A stretch of DNA of 64,000 nt from Monocercomonoides exilis PA203 (lineage: Eukaryota; Protista; Preaxostyla), in the NCBI GenBank assembly GCA_001643675.2, contig LSRY02000024.1:1054001-1118000 (forward strand), written 5' to 3'. The translations under genes were made by a program, and so were the position numbers. Shown here in pieces: positions 25,201 to 34,463 of the stretch; position 1 is the first letter of the stretch; every line of letters starts with the position of its first letter. The notes under the pieces are model-generated. The model was not told where the DNA came from, searched no databases, and saw only the letters and a program-made list of their open reading frames with translations.

Positions 25201-28200
25201 GAAGAAGGAAAGGATGAAATTAAAGTTAAAGAAGAATTGATAGGCAAAATGGAAGAAGACAAAGATCAAGTTAAAATGGAAGAAGTTGAAATCAAAAATG
25301 AAAGAGAGACGATAAAAAGTGAAGTTAGCCAAATTGCTGCAACTGCCGATGCAGTTACAGATTCTGCACAAAAAACAACAGAAACATCAAATGAACAATC
25401 AACTGAAACTGTCAAAACAGAAGAGAATGCAACTTTGATGGACGCATCTTCATCAGCATCTACTTCTTCTGTTTCTTCATCAACAACAGAGGTTGTTCCT
25501 CTTACCACAGAAATCTCCGCACCTTCTGTCAGTTCATCAACAACATCAACATCTATTTCATCATCATCATCCATTCATCTTCCTTCTCTTTCTCCATCCG
25601 TCCTCCGCCTCACCCCTACCAATCGATGGAGCCGCTTCGACTGTATCAGAGCACATCAGGGGCTTATCACCTTTGGCGAGCGCTATCGTCTCATCCACTA
25701 TTATGTCTTCCCCGACCGCTTGTTCTGCGACACAAGAGAATTCCTGATGAACTATCTCTATTTGATGGAGTGCTTGAGCATGAAAATGGACGAAGCTGAC
25801 AGGAAAGCAAAGGAAATCAAGCAGATCAGAGCGAAAATAGCGAAATTGCAGACGCAATTGGCGGAGCAGAAGGAGAAGGTGAATGCACAGCTGGCATCAA
25901 ACGAACAGAAAGAGAAGATTTTCCCACCTGATCCATTCTCCACTTCGGCCGCAGCATCTCTCACTGCTCAATCGAGTAAAACAGGTTCAGATTCGACAAC
26001 AGCATCTTCATCGTCTTCATCTTCATCTTCTGCTTCTTCTTCTTCCACCTCTTCAACGCCATCCCAATCCACTGCTACTTCTTCTACCCCTTCTTCTTCC
26101 CCATCCCCATCCACTCCCTCCTCCTCCCTCTCTCCTTCGTCCATCGCCAATGTGCTTCTCAACACGATCACCGAGAAGGCCTTTGATGACATCACAAAGG
26201 AGATCAAGCGGCTGAAGGAGACACTCAAACGCATTCCTCCTGTCAGCCCTGTTCCCAACTGGCAGCAGCTGACACGCTCAGCACCTTATCCCTTCCCTGC
26301 CCTCTTCCACTACCTGGGCATCGACTACTTCAAGAAGAAAGCGACGAAGTTCTTCCACGCCTGGAACAAAGTGAGGACACTCACACGAATCATCACGGGA
26401 GACTTGGATCAGACGCTGGAGAGGAAGAGAGAAGAGAGGAGATGGAACTACAGGGAAAGCGACAAGGAGAAGGAGATGATCAGAAACGAGGCGAAAGTCT
26501 GTCTGTTTGATGCCCCACAGTTTGCAAAGTTGACAGCATCTGAGGCATATGACATGCTGCATCCAAATGACAATAAGTCAACAACAGCAACTTCATCTAA
26601 CGATAAAAATACCAATAACTCAAAGAATTTTTCTTCCTTCCCTTCTTCATTCTCCTCTGCGCTTCCTCTTTCCTCTGATCCCACACAATATGACCTCTCC
26701 TTCTATTCTCCTCCTCTCACTCAGCCTCTGCCTTTCATTGAGAAGTCCTTCCCGCGTGTTGCCCGGCTGCCGTCGTGGTGGAATCTCCAATGCGACAGAG
26801 AGCTTCTGTTGGGTTTGTGGCAAAGAGGAATAGCAGCTTTTGGTGGGCTGAGGAGCAATCCGATGTTGGTGTTTGAAGAATTGAGCAGTAAAGCGGAGGA
26901 AGAGAACGAGAACGAGAACGAGAACGAGAACGAGAGCAAGAACAAAAAGGAGAATGAGGAAGAGGGTAAAAAGGAGAAAGAAAAGGAAGGGGATGGAGTG
27001 GGAGTGGGAGTTGGAGTTGGTGATGATGCGAATGGAGAGGAAGAGGAAGGAGAAGAAAAAGAAGAAAAAGAAGAAAAGGAAGAAGTGGAAGCAGAAGGGG
27101 AAGATGAAGGAGGAAAAGGAGAAGCAGAGCATGGAGAAGAAAACGAAAGCATTCAACAGCCAAAACCGCAGCGACGCTTCAAGAAGCGAAAGAAGAAGAG
27201 GAGAAAGAGACAGCTGGACACCGGATATTGTCCGACTTCTTCAAATTCAGCGCGAAAGAAGCCGTTTGACCCGAAGAAGAGGACGCCGAAGCCGGCAGCT
27301 GCAAAGAATCTCAATGGGCAATGGCCGAATGCGCTGTTTCTGTCTATCCGGCTGAGAGTGCTGCTGAACAACTACATTCGGAGAGAGGCGGTGTTTATGA
27401 GGGATTTGGAGATGGTGGTGACGAAGGAGAAGCAGAGGGAGAGAGAGAAGGAGAAGGAGAAGGAGAGAGCTGCCATGAAAATGCTGGAAGAAAAAGAAAA
27501 AGAGAAAGAAAAAGAGAAGGAGAAAGAAGGAGAAATGGAAAAGGAAACAGAAACAGAAAAAGAAAAGAAATCAAATGAAGACACAGGAGACGAGGGCGCA
27601 AAGAAAGAAAGCAAAGATGTTGAAAATAAAGAGGAATCTAACACTTCTGCTTCATCAAAAGCAGCTCCTTCTCAACGTTTGCCTTCTTACAAGACGATTA
27701 TCACCACAAACGATCCATTTACCATTGGACGGTCACTCACATACCTCGAAGTGATACGAGCTATCAATCCATACCATTCAATTATAACGCCGACTTTCTC
27801 TTTTGCTTCACTTAGTGCATCCAATTCAGCTGGAATGGAAGGAATAAAAACAGAAAGTGATGATGCCCTCTCTTCACTGCTGCGCAGCCCAGAACTCGAG
27901 CTGTCTGCTGACGGGAACAGCGACATTCTCTCCGCTCTTCTGCAATCCAAACAGAACGAAGAGAAGAAGAAGAGCCAGAGACGAAAGTCGAGTGCACTAT
28001 CTTCTTCTGCACTGTCGCTGCTGCTGGCTGGAAGCAGCGAAGTTCAATCAGTACAGACACAGCTGGATGCAACGACGGCTTCTTCTCCATCTTCTGAACT
28101 GAGCTCTTTCTCGTTGGTTGTTTCATCACTTGCTTCTGGAGCAGATGGCTCTCTGTCTGCCTCTGCTTCTGGTGGCTCATCAGCATCGTCTTCTCTGTTG

Positions 28201-31200
28201 CCAGCACTATCCACACTCACTTCGTCTGAGATCTCCCATCTCATCGAGTTGACCAGCTCTCCATTTCGCTATCTGACAGACCCTGCCTTTGTGACGCCGT
28301 TAGTCGAAGATCAGTCGAAGGAGACTTGGCACAAAACAGAGCTGATCCGGTTCTACAATGTGTTAACTGGGTTCTTCCGCCCACCTCCTCTTCCGACAAA
28401 CGAAGAGGCGGTGCAGATGATGCGGACTCCAGAGAAGAAGAAAGAGCTTGACGAGATGATAGCAAAAGCGAAGAAGTACTGGGAGCAGTTCCGTCTGGAA
28501 GGGTTCTTTGGGAATAGAACGCTTGTGCAGCTGATGGATCTGGCAGAGAAAATGAAGAACAGAATAAAAGAGGTCAAAGAGCAGATGAACAAGGGATTTG
28601 TGGAGCTGCACCGCAAGAAGAAGAAGAACAAGACAAAGGGAGTGGATGAGAAAGGAAAAGGAAAAGAGAACGAGAAAGAGAACGAAAAAGAAAAAGATGC
28701 AAACGTGACACACAACGAAGAAGAGAACGAGGATGATGAAGAATCTGCAGAGAAAGAAGGAGAAGGAGAGGACGAAGAGAGAGAGAAAGAAGCCGGTGGT
28801 GCCGAAGCAGATGGAGAAGGAGACGATGCAGACGATGAAGGAAACAACAGCAATGGCGAAGAGAATGATGGGAGCAAAGAAAACTCCGGAAAAAGAAACC
28901 AAAAAAGGCACAGACGCAAAACAGACATGATCAAAGAGCTTTTGTCGACAGCGCTGCCTTCGACGTCTCCCACCCACAACTCCTCTTATCGCGCATTCAA
29001 AACATCCTCTTCTGATTCTCCGTTCACATCCACCGTGTTCGATCCAGACCTGTCGATCATCACACCCTTCCGCGCCCAGCTCTATCTGGATGCGCAGAAG
29101 GCGTTTGATCTCCTCCAAAGCAAAGTGTTCCCTCACTTGCGCGAAATCACCTCGTTCCCGATCATCGAATGGCGAGGAAGGATTCCCCGCTGGTGGAATA
29201 CTTACATCTACGACGAGTGGACACTGAAGGCAGTTCAAAAACACGGATTTCTGTGGCATCGTGCGTTCTGTGATCCCGAATTCCCGTTCTGCCGCGGGTT
29301 CCCTGAGGATGTGATGGAGGAGCTGAAGAGAATGCAGCCGGTGGACAAGAACGGAGTGGTGATGTTTGGAGAAGATGTGCTCTCGAAGAAAGAGAAGAGA
29401 AGAGTGGAAGCTTTGAATTTGCCGCATGTGAAGACGCTTGAAGAGATTGTGGAAGAGACGAAGTATGTGAAAAAGGGAAAGGAGAAGAAAGAAGGAGAAG
29501 CAGGAGAAGAGGAAGAAGGAGCATTTGGAGAAGGAAGAGGAGAAGGAGAAGGGGATGCTGAAGGATATGGCGAGGGAGAGAAGGAAGGAGATGAGGATGA
29601 AGGAGAGAAAGAAGAAGAAGAAAAGCAAAACGTTAAGACTGAGAATGATACTGGAACAGTTAAGGATGCAAGCGAAAAGAAAATAGAAAAAGAAAAAGAA
29701 AAAGAAAAAGAAAAAGAAAAAGAAAAAGAAAATGGAAAGACCAAAACGAAAGAGAAGGGAGAAACAAAAGGCAAATCAAGAAGCAAAGCAAACGCAGATA
29801 GAACACGCAACAGGAGGAAGGAGAAAAAGTTCAACATCGACGGAATTGTTGGGCTTCCACGAAGTGAAGTGCTATTCAATCGAATAGTGGTGATGATTCA
29901 GATGCTTCTGGAATGCGAAGATGTGCTGCTGCTTTCGATGGAAGAAGGCAAAAGCGACGAGAGAGTGGAGAGAGAAATGGCACGAAAAGCGAAGAAGGCA
30001 AAGGCAAAGGCGAAAGAGAACGAAAAGGAGAATGAAAAGGAGGCGGATGCACAAAGCGACGAACAAAAAGGAAAGAGTGATGAGGTTGACACTGAATCAA
30101 CTGCAAAGATGGAAGAAGACACGGTGAAAGTGAACGAAAGTGAAGAGATGATAAAAGACCAAGACAAATACATGGATAAAGAGCAAGAACAAAATAAAGA
30201 CACTCAAAAGGAATCTACACACAACTCAGAAGACGATAGCAGCAGCAGCAGCAGTGAATCTGAAAGCACAACCTGCGAATCCAAAGCCAATGTATCTTCT
30301 TCTTCTTCCTCCTCCTCCACATCTGAGACAGCGAAGCTTGCGAAGTACCGTTCGCGCTACAGAATATCTCCCGACGGCCGAGTGATCCGACTGGCGCGGT
30401 CGCGGCGGGTGAAGCCGTGCCGTTCAGACATGCTGGAGATGCTGTCGTACAACGTGGAGGTTGGCTGGGTGAAGAAAGTGCTGCTGACCAGCGCAGAGCA
30501 GAGGAGCACGGTGGCGTCGGTGTGGAAGGACGAAAGGGACAAGATCGGCGCCTTGCAGAAGCTGAAGAATATGAACGAAGGGATTGAGCACCTCACACCC
30601 AGCCAGGTGAAGACGGTGCTAAGGGAAAAGATTCAGAAGCTACAGGAGACTGCAATAAAGTCAGTGAATGCAAAGGCAGGCGACCCACATAGCTCTCACA
30701 GACCGTTTTCGATGAAACAGAACTACGATTCCACAAACCCTTATTTCATGGCACTGAGCTATGCTACTGGTGCACAGAAAGTGCTGCCAGCGTCGTATCC
30801 CACAAGCTCCACTTCGATGAACTCGCTTGCTTCTTCCATCTCACTTCTGTCAAAGACACATCAGCATTCGATGAAGCTCGGCTTTCCATCATCTCCGAAA
30901 AAGACAAAGGAGAAAGATCCAGATTATCATCCATCGTCTTATATCCCACCAATATCTTCTGCTTCTGCACAGTCTTTCCTTTCATTAGGCGCAGCGCAAA
31001 ACCAATCAGCATCGCCTTTTACTTCACTATCTTCTCTATCGCCTTCTTCAGCTTCAACTTCATCTTTCTCTTCGTATTCTTTTGATCCACGCAGCCCATC
31101 ATCATCTGCTGCTTCTTCGCTTCTTGCCTCGTACATGCAAACAACTTATTCCTCGCTTTATCCAGCTCCAACATCTTCCACCCCGTTCCCATCGCTCTTC

Positions 31201-31974
31201 TCAACAAATCAGCAAGATTCAATGGCCAACAAGTCAATTTTCAATCCCAATGCTTCCATTCAGCCAACTGCATTGCCTTATCATTCGACATCTGCACTGT
31301 CGTATATTCCTCCTTCGATTTTTCCTGCTCAGAAAGTAGACTTGTCGAAGGAGCAGGAGAATCCTTCTGTTATGTACAAAGGCCGCAAAGTCGTGATAAG
31401 CTTCAAGGGAGGAAGCGAAGGCAATAAAAAGAGTGAGAGCCAGCCAAATAGCATCCCAGATAATTCTCCTTCATCATCATCTTCTTCTTTTTCATTTTCT
31501 CAACAGAGTGCACACGTACCTATGAACAATCCTGAAACAGGATCTGCTCAACCTGCACAGCCTGCTATTAGCGAAATGGAATTAAATGTGACAGAAACTA
31601 CGAAACCAAAAAAATCAAGTCGGCAATCAAAGAAAAAGAGGAGTGTTTCTCCAGTCAGCAGCAATTTGCCTATTGATTCTGGCGATTCACCGTTTAATGA
31701 GTCAGATTCCGATACAGAGTCAGACGATTTCTTTATGGACGACGAAATCAAATTGCTTGAGCAGATAAATCAGACGCGTATGCAACAGGCAGTTCAAGAA
31801 CAGAACACTCAAGTTTTGAGCCAGCCAAACATGCCACTGCAAGCGCAGGCTGCTCCTTCTGTTGCGAGCAGCCCGCCTTCTGTGGGATCGCCAGTGGGAG
31901 ATGCTGATGGAGCGAGTGTTTCGTTGAGGAGAAGGACGAGAGTTGGCTCGATTCCAAAGAGATATTTGGATTAA
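16285..31974 (+). CDS. Chromodomain-helicase DNA-binding protein, CHD6/7/8/9 (Kismet) type, ~5229 aa in one ORF
   Basis: Two chromodomains ([32 protein letters not shown]) precede the SNF2 ATPase motifs [31 protein letters not shown] and [21 protein letters not shown]. Subfamily-III-like C-terminal motifs are [30 protein letters not shown] and [21 protein letters not shown]. First ATG is at 16285. Confidence 0.93.
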   Translation: [5229 protein letters not shown]

Positions 31975-32828
31975 AGATAATTGCCGAAAGAGTATTCTTG
32001 AGGTGTTCTAAATGTATATAGTTTATTTATAATGAAGAAATTGTTACTGATTGTGAATTGAAGATTATCTTTTTTTAACTGCTATGATAAAATGGTGGTT
32101 ATTACAATTAAAACTTGCAAACATCATTTCTCGTAGTGTTTATTTTTGTTTTATTTATTTAGGCTTTTTTTGATTTGGATTATTCAACATCCGAATTTTT
32201 TTGAATATTCATTTTCCACTTGAACAACTGTTCATCTGTGGTTTTCTTTTTTCGTCGATATATTCATTACAAAAGAAGAAAGAAAAAGAGAATGCAAGAA
32301 TTTTCTTGATCAATGACAATCGTTTATTTGTATCTGGCATCACTTTTTATTTTTTATGTTTTGCTTATTTTTTGAATTTGTTATCACTTCACTTAAACTC
32401 TGCAACATCTTACTCTTTTTTTATCTATTCCAAATGAATTTTTAATCCCCTCCATTTCACATTCATTTTTTCTGTTTCTTCAAAATATCGTTTTTGTGAA
32501 TTTATTGGCAAATAAAACTTAGCAGTTACAATTGACTTTCTTTGTTAATCGTAGCATTCACGCTTTTGCTAAAAAAACGTCAATAAATAATGAAAAAGTA
32601 TTTTGAGGTTCAACCTCTTTAAAAATGGTTTCATATTTTAAATACATATCTTCTTCAAATTATAATCACATTTTCTTTTCAAGAATGTGCTTTCAACATT
32701 CTCGAAGGACGTCTCTATCATTTAAGATTTAGCCGCAATTTAATTGGTCATTCTACTTCAATTTCTTTCTTCAGTTTTTATTGATAAATGAATTTCTAAT
32801 ACTTTTGTAGCCTGCTTCTTTTTTGATT

Positions 32829-34422
32829 TCAAGAAGCTCCTCTATAATTATTATGTCCATGCATTCCTCTTCCGTGCCCTCTTCCTCCTCTTCCTCCACC
32901 TCTTCCCCTGCCTCCTCTGCTGCCTCCTCTGCCACCTTTACCTCCTCCTCTACCTCCTCTTCCACCTCCTCTGCCTCTTCCTCTTTCTCCGCCTCCGCCT
33001 CCGCCTCTTCCCCAATGCATCCCCTGATATCCTCCTCTTCCCATCATCTTGTCTGGCCTTCCTCCTGATTTCTTGTTGCTCATTTGCTGTTCATACAATT
33101 TCTGAAACACATTTTTCTTCGGCTCTCCGCTTCTTCCGCCTTCATCTTCGTTCTCCTTCTCTTTCTCTGCTCTTATTTTGGATTTAATTTTGTCCACTTT
33201 CCCCAAATCGTATTCCTTGTCATAAGCATCACGTTCAGGCTCTTGGAATGTGAGTTCTGGTGGAAGTGACAGTTGTTGCCTGCTATTCACTTCGCTTGAA
33301 TAATCAATGCTTTCATCCATCAATGAAGAAGATGTTGCGTTGTCTTTCGCTGAATTTTTGCCTTTGGAATTAGTTTTTGTCTTTCTGTCATTTCTCATCC
33401 CTTCATCATCATCATCATCATCATCATCTTCTTCTTCTTCTTCTTCTTCTTCATTATCATCGTGTCTTCCTCCTTCATTCGAATCCCAACTCGATAAAGA
33501 TGGTACAAACGAAGTGTTTTCTGATAGTAACTGTGCATCCTTCCTTCCAAAAGTTGTTGCTTCTTTTCCTGTCTCCTTAATCTTTCCTTGTGGTTGACCC
33601 TGAAGCTTCTTTTTCTCTCTCTGCCGTGTTCTTCTGTGATCTACAACAAGAACAGCGGAATCTGCTTGATCCTCCTCTTCATTCGCATTAAATTTAGATT
33701 TGAGTGCTGATATTGAGGATTTGTGCAGTTCAGAAAGCGATTGAGAACTCGTCAAATTTGATGTGGCCATTTCGAGTTTTTGTTTAGCAGACAAATTGAT
33801 GTCATCTTTTGATTCATCGTCTTCGATGTTGTGTGTCTCTTCTGCTTCAATTTTCATTCTCTTTCTGTTCATTTGGATTTCTTCAGCAGAATCTGCTGCT
33901 CCAATTTCTTCTCTGTTTCGTTTAGTCTTTTTCGCTTTCATATCACTTATTATTTCTCCCTTTTCGATTGATTCTCTTTCTTTCTCTTTTTCATCTTGGC
34001 TCGTCTGCTTTGATCTTTTCTGTTCAACAGATGCAGTAGAAGAAGAAGAAGCAGAAGTAGATAACTCATCATTATCATCTGACTGCATCAATCCAGACAG
34101 TTCTTCCGTCAGTGACTGCTCGTATTTTTCATATTCCTTTTTCTTTTCCTCATCTTTCCCAAACGTGTCATATACCACTTTCTTCTCGCCCTTCAGCTGG
34201 TAAAACAGAACATACGCCTGGCTTTTCAGCACCTTGTCGAGTTTGATGCACCTCACTGCCTCGTCGTCTGCCTCATACCACATCCCGTTTGCTGCCTTTA
34301 CATAGCTCACGAAATGCCCTTTCTCTGCGCTGTGGCCTTGGTGCTCAATCACTCCATACAGATTGTATTGAGGTGATGAACGAGAAGAAGAAGAGGAAGA
34401 AGAGGAGGAGGAAGTTGTTGCA

Positions 34423-34463
<41 letters not shown>

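Noticed and set aside
17037-31957. Many short overlapping ORFs within the CHD gene and other low-complexity genes
   Set aside because: They are alternate-frame or antisense read-through of GAA/TCT-rich tracts that lack stops.
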